DNA from: an uncultured Methanomassiliicoccales archaeon
GTDB lineage: Archaea > Thermoplasmatota > Thermoplasmata > RBG-16-68-12
Direction of reading: 5' to 3'
NCBI GenBank assembly: GCA_964546105.1
Contig: CAZJIP010000004.1
Location: 3,633-37,210 of the forward strand
Length of the DNA: 33,578 nucleotides
Each line of letters begins with the position of its first letter. The first letter of the stretch is position 1. Of the stretch, positions 7,365 to 16,507 are shown piece by piece. The translations under genes and the position numbers were made by a program. A model generated the notes under the pieces. It was not told where the DNA came from. It ran no database searches and saw only the letters and a list, made by a program, of their open reading frames with translations.

Positions 7365-9760
7365 TACTCCGCCACCTCCCCAGGGATGAGGGTGTCGTCG
7401 GCAGGCGGGGCGACCTTCAGGGGCTCCTTCGTGATCGGGAGAGCCGGGAATCCTCGGGGGCCGACGCGGGGCCGCCCGTGGCCCCGCCTCTGTTCCTCGA
7501 GGGCCCGTAGAATCTTGTCCGGCGTCATGGGGACCTCGTCGACGCGCACCCCGACGGCGTCGTAGAGCGCGTTGGCCAAGGCGGGGGCCACCGGGAGGAG
7601 CGGCCCTTGGCCCACTTCTTTGGCGCCGAACGGGCCCTCTGGGTCCACAGTCTCCACGAGGATCGTGTGGATTTCGGGCATCTCCAGGATCGTAGGCACC
7701 TTCTGATCGAGGATGGAAGGGGACTTCAGGAGCCCGCCTCGGAAGGCTTGCTGCTCAAGGAGCGCTTCTCCGAGGGCCATGCACACGCTGCCCTCAATCT
7801 GGCCCTCGACGGCCCGCACGTTGATCGCGCGGCCGATGTCGTGCGCGAGCCAGATCTCGTCCGCGGCCAGGAAGCCCGTCTCCGTGTCGCATGTCGCCTC
7901 GATGACGCACGCGGAGAAGCTGTAGGCCGGCGACGGCCCGACACCGGCGCCCTTGTAGGGCCCCGCGAGCTTCGGCGGCTTGTACGACCCCCTCGCTATG
8001 ACGGGCCCGCGGCTCGCCGCCGCGGCGACCGCTTCCTCCCACACGAAGCCGTGGTGCCGGTCCGACGCGTCGCAGATGCGCCGACCCTTCGCGACCAGAC
8101 GCTCCGTCGGCACATCGAGTTTCCGGGCCACGGCCTCGAAGACGGCCTCTCTCGCCTTCGTGGCCGCCGAGAGAGCGGCATTCCCCGCCATGAACGTCAC
8201 GCGGCTCGAGTAGCTCCCGAGGTCCGTGGGCGTGCATTCCGTGTCTGCCACGACGACCTCAATCTCGGCGGGTTCGAGCCCGAGGACCTCCGCCGCAATG
8301 AAGGCGAGCATCGAGGTGGACCCCTGCCCGATGTCGCTCGCCATGGAAGACACGATGACGTGGCCCGTCGGGTCGATCCGGACTTCCACCTCGGAATGCG
8401 GGTTGTCGTTCCACCAGATCGGGAGCGCGGCGCCCGAGAGGTAGGCACTGACCGCCAGCCCGATGCCCTTCCCCCGCGGAAGATGCCCGCGCTTCTCGCG
8501 GAACTTCGACGCCTCGAGCACCCTCTCCATGCAATCCTTCAACCCGCAACTCGTGACGCGCAGGTGGTTCACGGTCATCGAGAACGGGCGCATGAGGTTG
8601 CGGAAGCGGAGTTCCGCCGGGTCGATACCGAGGTCCTCGGCGGCTTTGTCGAGGTGGGCCTCGAGGGCGAAGCGAGGCTGCGGCGTCCCGTGGCCGCGCT
8701 TCGGACCACAGGGCGGCTTGTTCGTGAACACCCGGACCCCTTCGAATTTGTATGCCGGGATCCGGTACGTGGTCGGCTGTAGCGCACCCGTGTAGTACGT
8801 CGACGCGACGCCGTAACTGCCGTAGGCGCCGCCGTCCAAGATTGACCGGAAGTGCATGGCGGTGATGCGGCCGTCCCTCGTGAACCCCGTGCGGATCTTC
8901 ATGAGCACGGGATGCCGGCCGCGGTGGAGGTAGAACACCTCTTCCCGGGAGCAGACGATCTTCACGGGCCTGCGCGTGACGATGGACAATTCCGCGGCGA
9001 CCAGCTCGTGGGGGAAGATGTCGCTCTTCCCTCCGAACCCGCCGCCGACGGGCGGTGCGATGACCCGGATCCGGTTCCTGGGGAGGCCGAGGACCTTTTC
9101 CAGGGCGCCTTGCAAGTAGAAGGGCACCTGGGTGGACGACCACACGGTGAGCTTGCCGCCCGCATCGTAGGAGGCGAGGACGGCATGCTGCTCCATGGCG
9201 ACGTGGTTGCTGCCCTCGTAGAAGAACACGTCCTCGCGGACGTGGGCCGCGCTCGCAAATCCTCCCTCCACGTCGCCGAACTCGAGGTTCACCGCCTTGT
9301 GGATGTTCGTGCTGTCCGCCTGGTCGTGGATGCGGACGGTCCGATTCTGCAGGGCCTCTTCGATCGACATGATGGCCGGCAGAGGCTCGTATTCGACGCG
9401 GATGGCCTCCAACGCCCGTTCCGCGGTCTCCTCGTCGTCCGCAGCCACGGCCGCCACAGGCTCTCCGACGTAGCGAACAACGTCCTCGGCCAGGGCCGTC
9501 TCGTCCTGGCTGACGGGCAGGATGCCGTACTTGACCGGAAGGTCGCGCCCGGTGACGACCGCACGGATTCCGGCCGTGACCTGTGCCCGACTCGTGTCGA
9601 TCCTCACGATGCGTGCATGGGGATGGGGGCTCCGAAGCAACCGGCCGAAGAGCATTTCAGGGAGAACGAGATCCTCCGCATACCGAGCCTGGCCCGTCGT
9701 CTTCCCCAGAGAATCGACCTTGGGCAAAGGTTTCCCGATGACGCTCAGGTCGCCCGACAT
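7364..9760 (-). CDS. hcrA: 4-hydroxybenzoyl-CoA reductase alpha subunit (molybdopterin-binding, xanthine oxidase family)
   Basis: Motifs VGGGFGGK, KRGHGTPQ (RGHG loop), DIGQGS, GSYSSRVTFMAGNA and GPFGAKEVG. Lies between hcrC and hcrB. Confidence 0.87.
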   Translation of the reverse strand: MSGDLSVIGKPLPKVDSLGKTTGQARYAEDLVLPEMLFGRLLRSPHPHARIVRIDTSRAQVTAGIRAVVTGRDLPVKYGILPVSQDETALAEDVVRYVGEPVAAVAADDEETAERALEAIRVEYEPLPAIMSIEEALQNRTVRIHDQADSTNIHKAVNLEFGDVEGGFASAAHVREDVFFYEGSNHVAMEQHAVLASYDAGGKLTVWSSTQVPFYLQGALEKVLGLPRNRIRVIAPPVGGGFGGKSDIFPHELVAAELSIVTRRPVKIVCSREEVFYLHRGRHPVLMKIRTGFTRDGRITAMHFRSILDGGAYGSYGVASTYYTGALQPTTYRIPAYKFEGVRVFTNKPPCGPKRGHGTPQPRFALEAHLDKAAEDLGIDPAELRFRNLMRPFSMTVNHLRVTSCGLKDCMERVLEASKFREKRGHLPRGKGIGLAVSAYLSGAALPIWWNDNPHSEVEVRIDPTGHVIVSSMASDIGQGSTSMLAFIAAEVLGLEPAEIEVVVADTECTPTDLGSYSSRVTFMAGNAALSAATKAREAVFEAVARKLDVPTERLVAKGRRICDASDRHHGFVWEEAVAAAASRGPVIARGSYKPPKLAGPYKGAGVGPSPAYSFSACVIEATCDTETGFLAADEIWLAHDIGRAINVRAVEGQIEGSVCMALGEALLEQQAFRGGLLKSPSILDQKVPTILEMPEIHTILVETVDPEGPFGAKEVGQGPLLPVAPALANALYDAVGVRVDEVPMTPDKILRALEEQRRGHGRPRVGPRGFPALPITKEPLKVAPPADDTLIPGEVAE

Positions 9761-9769
9761 GTGCCGTCC

Positions 9770-10324
9770 TCACCTCGTCCGTCTTCGACGCGCGCCGCGG
9801 ATTGCGCTCATCGGCTTCACGTTCCGGGCACCCGACCTCTGCGCCCCTTCGAGGCGCATCTCTTCGGCTGCGTCTCGGACCGCCTGGAGGATCTTCGGGT
9901 AACAGCCGCAGCGGCACACATTGCCGGAAAGGCCCCACCGGATTTCATCGTCGCTTGGCGACGGGTTGGCCCTGAGGAGGGCCAGGGAGGACATGATCAT
10001 GCCCGGGGTGCAGTAGCCGCATTGCGCGCCCCCGAGGTCCGCGAAGGCCAGCTGGAGCGGATGGGGTTCTCCGTTCGCCTGGACGATCCCCTCAATCGTC
10101 GTGATCGCCCGGCCCTCGACGTCCGCCGCGAGGGTTATGCAGGAGAGATAGGGCTCGTCATCAACGAGGACTGTGCAGGCCCCGCACTCGCCGAGCTCGC
10201 AGCCGTGCTTCGTGCCCGTGAGGCCCAGATTCTCCCTCAGGACCTCCAAGAGGGTCCGGCTTGCCGGAGCCGTGACCTCCCGGGTCTCGCCGTTGACGCG
10301 GAGGAGCATCCTCAGTGCGGCCAC
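9770..10324 (-). CDS. hcrC: 4-hydroxybenzoyl-CoA reductase gamma subunit (2x 2Fe-2S)
   Basis: Motifs GTKHGCELGECGACTV, QCGYCTPG and GNVCRCGCY. Likely start is GTG at 10324 (GAGGAG upstream) or ATG at 10309. Confidence 0.87.
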   Translation of the reverse strand: MAALRMLLRVNGETREVTAPASRTLLEVLRENLGLTGTKHGCELGECGACTVLVDDEPYLSCITLAADVEGRAITTIEGIVQANGEPHPLQLAFADLGGAQCGYCTPGMIMSSLALLRANPSPSDDEIRWGLSGNVCRCGCYPKILQAVRDAAEEMRLEGAQRSGARNVKPMSAIRGARRRRTR

Positions 10325-10762
10325 GCTTCCCGGTCTCCTCGTCCGCAATCACGTGGAGATGTCTTAGGCTTATCGAAATCTCGGTGACGCGCAAGCCGGG
10401 GTTCATTCCCTCCCGCGGCTGGGCGGAACTCCTTCCATTCCCACACGTCGACCCACCCAAGACGAGAAAGCGCTCGTTCCCGGGAGGGGTCTCGAGGGGC
10501 CGAGGGAAAGGGATGTCAGGGCGGACCTGAGACCATCGGTCCGCGAGCGGCAGGGCGGGAGGATTTCCTCCCGCGTCAGGGGCGCTGCTCAATCTATACC
10601 CCATCGACCGGCAACCATCCTTCGCTTCGCGGTAGGGACAATCATGCCACGCTCCGTGGACGGACCCTCGGGGCCCCTGACCCAACCCTGCGCAATCACG
10701 GGGAAGGGGAGGATTCAAGTCCCCCCACGACGTTGACGGTGGCCAGGGGAAGCGGGGCCGTT

Positions 10763-12073
10763 ATGGAGGACGAGCGCCTCGTCCACAACTACATTGTCGA
10801 GCGGGGCCTGGCGGCGAACTTCCCCGCAGAGGTCCTCATCTGGGACGAGACCATGCGGGATGGGGAGCAAACCCCGGGCGTGGCCTTCTCCCCGGAGGAG
10901 AAGCTCCAGATCGCGACCCTCCTGGACGAGATGGGCGTGCCTCTGATGGACGTGGGGATTCCGGTGGTGTCCAAGGAGGAGGCCCGCGGGGTGAAGACGA
11001 TCGCCCATGCCGGACTCGACGCGTCGATCATGGCCGCGGCGCGCGCGGTCCGAAAGGACGTCGAGGCATGCATCGAGTGTGAGGTGGACGAAGTCTCCGT
11101 CTTCATTGCCTGCTCCGATCTGCACCTGAAGTACAAGCTCAATATGACGCACGAGCAGGTCAAAGAGGCCGCCGTGCGGGAGACGGAATACGCGAAGGAT
11201 CACGGCCTCAAGGTGTCCTTCGTCACGGAGGACACATTCCGAGCGGACATCGACTACGTCGTCGAGCTGTACAACGCCTGCATCGAGGCCGGTGCGAGCC
11301 GCGCCGTGCTCTGCGACACCGTCGGGGTGATGACGCCCGCAGGGATTCGGTGGTTCATGGAGCAGGTCAAGCCGCGGTTCCACAAGGTCCAGCTCTCCTT
11401 CCACGGCCACAACGACTTCGGCCTCGCAGTGGCCAACAGCCTCGCCGCGATTGAGGCTGGCGTCGAAGTGCCGCACACGTGCGTGAACGGCCTTGGCGAG
11501 CGCTCCGGGAACGCCAGCTTTGAGGAGCTCGTCATGGCCCTCGAATCCCTCTACGGATACAGGACGGGCGTGGACGTGTCGCGCATGTACGAGGTCTCGA
11601 GGCTCGTTGAGAACCTCAGCGGCATCCCCGTCGGCGTGAACAAGGCCGTCGTTGGCTACAACGCCTTCAGCCACGAGTCCGGCATCCATGCGGACGGCGT
11701 GATCAAGCACACCGCGACGTACGAGCCCATTCAGCCCGAGCGGATCGGACGGACACGACAGTTCATCTATGGGAAACACACCGGCTCAGCCTCGGTCGCG
11801 GAGAGACTGAAGTCGAGGGGCGTCGAAGCGTCCAGCGAGCAAGTCCAGAACCTCGTGCAGCTCATCAAGGAATATTCGGAGGGGAAGTCCAAGATAGATG
11901 CCCAGGCGTTCATCGAGCTGTTCCGGGAGCGGGAGGAGCGCCGTCGCGGAATTACCGAGGATGAGTTCTGGGTCTTGACGAAGCGCGCCGGCATCCCTCT
12001 GCCGAAAGGGATAGAACCGGCCTTCCCGAGGTATGACCTCAGACTGCCAAAGCGCCCCGGGTCCTTGTCTTAG
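10763..12073 (+). CDS. DRE-TIM metallolyase of the homocitrate/isopropylmalate/citramalate synthase family, lacking the C-terminal regulatory domain
   Basis: Motifs DETMRDGEQTPG, LCDTVG, HGHNDFGLA, NGLGERSGNA, HESGIH and GKHTG. Start taken as the ATG at 10763. Confidence 0.88.
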   Translation: MEDERLVHNYIVERGLAANFPAEVLIWDETMRDGEQTPGVAFSPEEKLQIATLLDEMGVPLMDVGIPVVSKEEARGVKTIAHAGLDASIMAAARAVRKDVEACIECEVDEVSVFIACSDLHLKYKLNMTHEQVKEAAVRETEYAKDHGLKVSFVTEDTFRADIDYVVELYNACIEAGASRAVLCDTVGVMTPAGIRWFMEQVKPRFHKVQLSFHGHNDFGLAVANSLAAIEAGVEVPHTCVNGLGERSGNASFEELVMALESLYGYRTGVDVSRMYEVSRLVENLSGIPVGVNKAVVGYNAFSHESGIHADGVIKHTATYEPIQPERIGRTRQFIYGKHTGSASVAERLKSRGVEASSEQVQNLVQLIKEYSEGKSKIDAQAFIELFREREERRRGITEDEFWVLTKRAGIPLPKGIEPAFPRYDLRLPKRPGSLS

Positions 12074-12156
12074 ACTACGTTTGTGACCGACGGCCCCGTT
12101 CGCTTTGGGTGAGGAGCGGAAGGGGATTGTGGTCTAAATCCCACCCGGTCCCCTTC

Positions 12157-13086
12157 TCACGTCTTCCTCCCGACGCTCTCCTCGTAGTCTGCGAGGCCTT
12201 TCCGGCTCGCATACCAGACCCCATCAATCTTCACGGCCTCCAGGACCCCCTGGCGCGCCCTAAGGGACAAATATTCCTGGGAGTACGGCGAATGGCGAGC
12301 GAGCGTCCTCAAGGGGATGAGGGCCCGCTCCGGTTCCAACGCGGCCAGATACGTGACGAGGGCCTCGTCGAGTGCCCGAAGGACGAAGCCAGCGAATGGG
12401 AGGAGATTCCCTGCATCCGCCGCCTGAAGGTGGCGGTAGTAGCGCAACCGATCGGAGACGCGCAACACGATTGGAGGATAGCCTCCGCTCATCAACGCGA
12501 GATTGGCTGCGAGCCGAGCGACCCGTCCGTTTCCATCGAGGAAGGGATGGACAAAGACGAGCCGATGGTGGAGATAGATACTTCGGAGCACGACTTCTCG
12601 GACCTTGGGCAGCTCGGCGAAGAGGGCATCCAGCATGGGAACAATCTGGGCGGGCTGCGGTGGAACATACTTAGCCCCCTCGATCCAAACCTGCTCTGTC
12701 CGATACTGTCCCGCGGAGTCGAGGATTCCCCGCGTAACCATCTCATGCAAGCGGCGCATCACGGCATGATCGATTTGGAGCCCAGGCTTCGCCAGACCCA
12801 CAATCCAATCGAAAGCCTTCGCATTGTTGGTTGCCTCGAGATGGTCCCGGAGGCTCTTTCCTCCAACCGTGATGCCCTCCTGAACGACGAGCCGAGTCTC
12901 GTTCAACGTGAGCGAGTTGCCTTCGATCGCGTTGCTATTGTACGTGTGCAGGATGCGGATCTGGTCTTGCAGGCTTCGGATCGCGTCCTTGGGGAACGGC
13001 CGGTGCTCGTGGAGACTCCGAAGGTTGCGCTGAATCCTTCCCCAGACCAGCGGTGGAAGATCCGAAACTAATATCGGTATTGGCAT
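12157..13086 (-). CDS. Fic family protein (class II AMP-transferase) with C-terminal HTH-like domain
   Basis: Canonical HPFLDGNGRVAR motif and N-terminal inhibitory motif SNAIEGN. The C-terminal segment YSQEYLSLRARQGVLEAVKIDGVWY looks like an excisionase/HTH. Confidence 0.92.
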   Translation of the reverse strand: MPIPILVSDLPPLVWGRIQRNLRSLHEHRPFPKDAIRSLQDQIRILHTYNSNAIEGNSLTLNETRLVVQEGITVGGKSLRDHLEATNNAKAFDWIVGLAKPGLQIDHAVMRRLHEMVTRGILDSAGQYRTEQVWIEGAKYVPPQPAQIVPMLDALFAELPKVREVVLRSIYLHHRLVFVHPFLDGNGRVARLAANLALMSGGYPPIVLRVSDRLRYYRHLQAADAGNLLPFAGFVLRALDEALVTYLAALEPERALIPLRTLARHSPYSQEYLSLRARQGVLEAVKIDGVWYASRKGLADYEESVGRKT

Positions 13087-13155
13087 AGTTTTCCGTTATC
13101 CGATAGGCCCGCGGCCATATATATCGGTATCGGTCGAATACCCAGTGGTCCGATA
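13071..13155. repeat. Cluster of CCGATA/TATCGG boxes over the fic promoter and start
   Basis: ATATCGGTATTGG (13071-13083) and ATATCGGTATCGG (13121-13133), plus CCGATA at 13100 and 13150. Confidence 0.65.
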
Positions 13156-13462
13156 TCTATCCACTCCACATTGGGCTGCCGAGGATGGCGACTTCATCGT
13201 CGGCTTGGACACCCTCGCCTGCCTCTCCCACGGGGACAATCGGCGGCTCCGCCCCGCCCTTGAGCTTTCGAAGAAGGAGCGCCGACCCGAGGGCACCTGG
13301 GCCCTGGACAAGGTCCATCCGGACCTCCGCGCGGGAGCGGGCTACCGGTTCTGCAAGAAACCCGAGCGGTTCGCCCTGGAGACAGGGGGCCGACCCACCA
13401 AGTGGATCAGCCTGACGGCCCTCCGGGTCCTGAAACGCATCGAGGAACTTGGTCGCGCGTGA
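13145..13462 (+). pseudogene. C-terminal remnant of a prenyltransferase/squalene-cyclase-like (alpha/alpha barrel) hypothetical protein
   Basis: RLRPALEL..K.RRPEGTW and GRPTKWISLTALRVLK resemble the C-terminus of a roughly 300-aa family. There is no room for the N-terminal part, because the divergent fic gene begins 60 nt upstream. Confidence 0.55.
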
Positions 13463-13480
13463 ACCGCGGATTCCGGCCCC

Positions 13481-14974
13481 TCAGCCCTGCGGTCCGTAGA
13501 CCGTGTAGTGCCAGGGCTTCCGGGCGGCGCCCGTGAGCTCGACCCAGACGTGCTTCACGTGCGTGTACTCTTCGATGGCGTACACGCTGAGGTCCTTGCC
13601 GAACCCGGACTGCTTGTAGCCGCCGTGGGGCATTTCGGAGACGAAGGGCAAGTGGTCGTTCACCGCGACGCAACCGGCACGGATTCCTGCGGCCAGGCGG
13701 TGGGCGCGGTGCACGTCCTTGGTCCACACGCTCCCGTACAGCCCGTAGATTGTGTCGTTCGCGCGCTCCAGGGCCTCCGCCTCCGTGTCGAAGGGGACCA
13801 CGGGGAGGACGGGACCGAAGATCTCCTCGCGGACGATGGCCATGTCCTGCGCGCAGCCGCCGAACAGGGTGGGCTCCAGGAAGAACCCCTTCGCGAGCGC
13901 CGCCTCCTGGGGGCGATGGCCGCCAAAGAGGAGCTGGGCACCGTCACTCTGGCCCGACGCCACGTAGGACTCCACCTTGGCCCGCTGGGCCTCGGTGACC
14001 AACGGACCCAGATCCGTCTCGCGCCGCCGCGGCAGGCCGATCGTTACCGTGGCGAGGATCTCGCGGACGCGCTTCAGGAACCGGTCGTACAGGGGCCGCT
14101 GGACGTAGTACCGCGCGGCCTGGGTACAGTCCTGGCCGCCGTTCACGAGGGTTCCGGCGACGGCCCCTTGGGCTGCGGCCTCGAGGTCCGCATCCTCGAA
14201 GACCACGAAGGGCGCCTTGCCCCCGAGCTCGAGGTGCACGCGCTTCGTCGTGCGGGACGCCTTCTCCATGATGTGCCGTCCGACCTCCGTGGACCCCGTG
14301 ACGGAGACCATCGCTACGTAGTCGTTCGAGGCGAGCTCATCGCCTACCACCGCACCGGGCCCTGTGATCACGTTCAGCGCGCCGGGCGGCAGGCCCGCCT
14401 CGAGCGCGAGCTTGCCTAACTCCAGCGACGTGAGCGGGGTCGGCGTCGCGGGCTTCAGGACCACCGTGTTTCCCACGGCGAGGGCCGGACCGATCTTCCA
14501 GATGGCCATCTGGAACGGATAGTTCCAGGGCGTGATCGACGCGACCACGCCTATGGGCTCGCGGCGGATGAAGGACGTGCCTCCGGCGCCATACTCCATG
14601 GACGCGCGCCCCTCCAGGGTGCGGGCTGCCCCTGCGAAGAAGCGCAGGTTGTCCACGCCCAGGGGGAAATCGGAGTCCCGAGACTGTTTGATCGTCTTGC
14701 CTTGGTTGTCCACCTCCAACTCCGCCAGGCGGTCGATGTCTCGCTCGATGAGGTCTGCAAACTTGAGCAGGACGACCTGGCGCTCCGACGGCGTCTTTCG
14801 CGCCCAGGGCCCGCGCTCGAACGCCTCGCGCGCCGCATCGATGGCGGACCGCGCGTCCTCGACGCCCGATTTGGGCACCCGATCGAGGACCTCGCCCGTG
14901 GCCGGGTTGACCACCGTGTACGTCTCGCCGTTCGCCGCTCCGATCCACGATCCGCCAATGAGTTGCTGACCCAT
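13481..14974 (-). CDS. NAD-dependent aldehyde dehydrogenase (aminobutyraldehyde/betaine aldehyde dehydrogenase-like)
   Basis: Motifs ITPWNYP, GSTEVG, LELGGKAP, catalytic NGGQDC, EEIFGPV and SEMPHGGYKQSGFGKDLS. Start taken as the ATG at 14974. Confidence 0.92.
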   Translation of the reverse strand: MGQQLIGGSWIGAANGETYTVVNPATGEVLDRVPKSGVEDARSAIDAAREAFERGPWARKTPSERQVVLLKFADLIERDIDRLAELEVDNQGKTIKQSRDSDFPLGVDNLRFFAGAARTLEGRASMEYGAGGTSFIRREPIGVVASITPWNYPFQMAIWKIGPALAVGNTVVLKPATPTPLTSLELGKLALEAGLPPGALNVITGPGAVVGDELASNDYVAMVSVTGSTEVGRHIMEKASRTTKRVHLELGGKAPFVVFEDADLEAAAQGAVAGTLVNGGQDCTQAARYYVQRPLYDRFLKRVREILATVTIGLPRRRETDLGPLVTEAQRAKVESYVASGQSDGAQLLFGGHRPQEAALAKGFFLEPTLFGGCAQDMAIVREEIFGPVLPVVPFDTEAEALERANDTIYGLYGSVWTKDVHRAHRLAAGIRAGCVAVNDHLPFVSEMPHGGYKQSGFGKDLSVYAIEEYTHVKHVWVELTGAARKPWHYTVYGPQG

Positions 14975-15047
14975 GGTCTGATCGACCGGGCCGATGGCGG
15001 GTCTCGTAATGAAGCCTGCGGCCGGCCCTGGCCGCACCCGAATCGAA

Positions 15048-15932
15048 TCAGAGAGGGGAGCGGCCGCGCCGCACGAAGGTCCCGTTCTGAAACTCCTCGA
15101 CCGCGGTCTCCAGCTCGCGCCGGTTGTTCATGACGATCGGGCCCCACCAGGCCACGGGTTCATGGAGCGGTTTGCCGGAGACCAGAAGGAACCGGAGCGC
15201 CTGGTCCATGGCCTCGATCCGGACCCGGCCCCCATCCTTGAACAGGATCAGATTCTCCGAATCCACGATTTCCCCGCTCTCCTCGTCGAAGCGACCGCGT
15301 CCGCCGAGCACGTAGGCGAAGGCGCGGTGGCCCTTCTTCACCGGATGCTCGAAGCGCGCATGGGGGGCGATCTGCACGTCGAGGTACTCGGGCTCCACGA
15401 CGATGTCCCGGACGGGGCCGTGGACGTCGCCGACCTGCCCCGCGATGACCCGGACGGTCACGCCTTTCGCGGCCTCGAACTGGGGGATTGTCGCGCTCTG
15501 GACCTCCTGGTAGCGGGGATCCATCATCTTGTGGTCCGCGGGGAGGTTCACCCAGAGCTGGAAGCCGCCCATCTTGCCGTCGTCCAGATGCTTGGGCATC
15601 TCCTGGTGGATGATCCCGCTTCCCGCGGTCATCCACTGGACGTCCCCGGAGCGTATGACACCTTTGTTTCCGATGCTGTCCTCGTGCTGGACGAAGCCGT
15701 CGAGCATGTAGGTGACCGTCTCGATGCCGCGGTGGGGGTGCCAGGGGAAGCCCGCCACGAACTCCGCGGGGTTCTGGGACCGGAAGTCGTCCAGGAGGAG
15801 AAAGGGGTCCAGCTTGGGGACCTCGTAGTATCCGAAGGCGCGCCGCAGGTGAACGCCCGCGCCCTCGATCGTCTCGCGGCTGGGCAGGATGGCCTCGAGC
15901 CCTCGGGCCCGGTCAGCGTTCGTTTCCACCAT
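15048..15932 (-). CDS. Pirin family protein
   Basis: Motifs DPFLLLD, GFPWHPHRGIETVTY, QWMTAGSGIIHQE, FQLWVNLP and GPIVMN. TTATATATAT lies just upstream (15953-15962, minus strand). Confidence 0.95.
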   Translation of the reverse strand: MVETNADRARGLEAILPSRETIEGAGVHLRRAFGYYEVPKLDPFLLLDDFRSQNPAEFVAGFPWHPHRGIETVTYMLDGFVQHEDSIGNKGVIRSGDVQWMTAGSGIIHQEMPKHLDDGKMGGFQLWVNLPADHKMMDPRYQEVQSATIPQFEAAKGVTVRVIAGQVGDVHGPVRDIVVEPEYLDVQIAPHARFEHPVKKGHRAFAYVLGGRGRFDEESGEIVDSENLILFKDGGRVRIEAMDQALRFLLVSGKPLHEPVAWWGPIVMNNRRELETAVEEFQNGTFVRRGRSPL

Positions 15933-16067
15933 GGGGAAGGCTAGGGCGCGGCGATATATAAGGGGCCTCTACGAAACCCCGTAGCCATGGAAGCCCGCGG
16001 AATTAGGGCGGCCTAACTCGGAGCACGGAATCCCGCGGGCGCGAAGCATGTCCATGGAACTGAGGCC

Positions 16068-16445
16068 TCATTGCAGCAACTCAATCCAGATCCCATCGGG
16101 GTCCTTGACGTAGACCTCCGTGTCCTTGGAGTCCGCCGGACTCACCGCGACGTCCACGCCCTTCCGGGTCAGTTCGCGATAGGCCTTCCGCACGTCGTCC
16201 ACGACGAAGGCCAGGTGGTCCATCTCCTCTCCGACCCGGTAGGGTGTGTAGAACCGGCTGCTCTCCGGGTACCAGTTCAACTCGAGCCGCTGCTGAGAAC
16301 CGGGGGTGCGCAGATGCACGTACCGGCCTCCATGAGGCATGGTCCCCTCGCCGATGACCCGCATGCCTAATACGTCCGTGTAGAAAGCCCGGGAGCGTTC
16401 CAAGTCGCGGACCCGGATTCCCGTATAGTGGGACTTGGCTCGCAT
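16068..16445 (-). CDS. VOC/glyoxalase family protein
   Basis: Motifs IRVRDLERSRAFYTDVLGM, LELNWY, DHLAFVVDDV and VKDPDGIWIEL. Start reassigned to the ATG at 16445. Confidence 0.9.
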   Translation of the reverse strand: MRAKSHYTGIRVRDLERSRAFYTDVLGMRVIGEGTMPHGGRYVHLRTPGSQQRLELNWYPESSRFYTPYRVGEEMDHLAFVVDDVRKAYRELTRKGVDVAVSPADSKDTEVYVKDPDGIWIELLQ

Positions 16446-16507
16446 GGAGCCGCCATGGGGGTACCCCACGATAGCCGAGATGCCGCCGAAGGACGGGGAA
16501 GCAGGGT

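Noticed and set aside
6357-10324. Aerobic CO dehydrogenase (coxMSL) or xanthine dehydrogenase
   Set aside because: There is no AYxCSFR loop. The RGHG loop, the 4Fe-4S Cys insert in the FAD subunit and the benzoyl-CoA context all indicate Hcr.
6300-10387. Long plus-strand ORFs (6300-7565, 7607-8782, 8852-10387)
   Set aside because: These are antisense shadows of hcrBAC. High GC3 suppresses stops on the opposite strand, and they carry no motifs.
10340-10400. Moco riboswitch upstream of hcrC (minus-strand CCGAG...GCCTAAG)
   Set aside because: The downstream GNRA-capped stems of the motif are not evident. The segment is better explained as a weak promoter. An Rfam scan would settle it.
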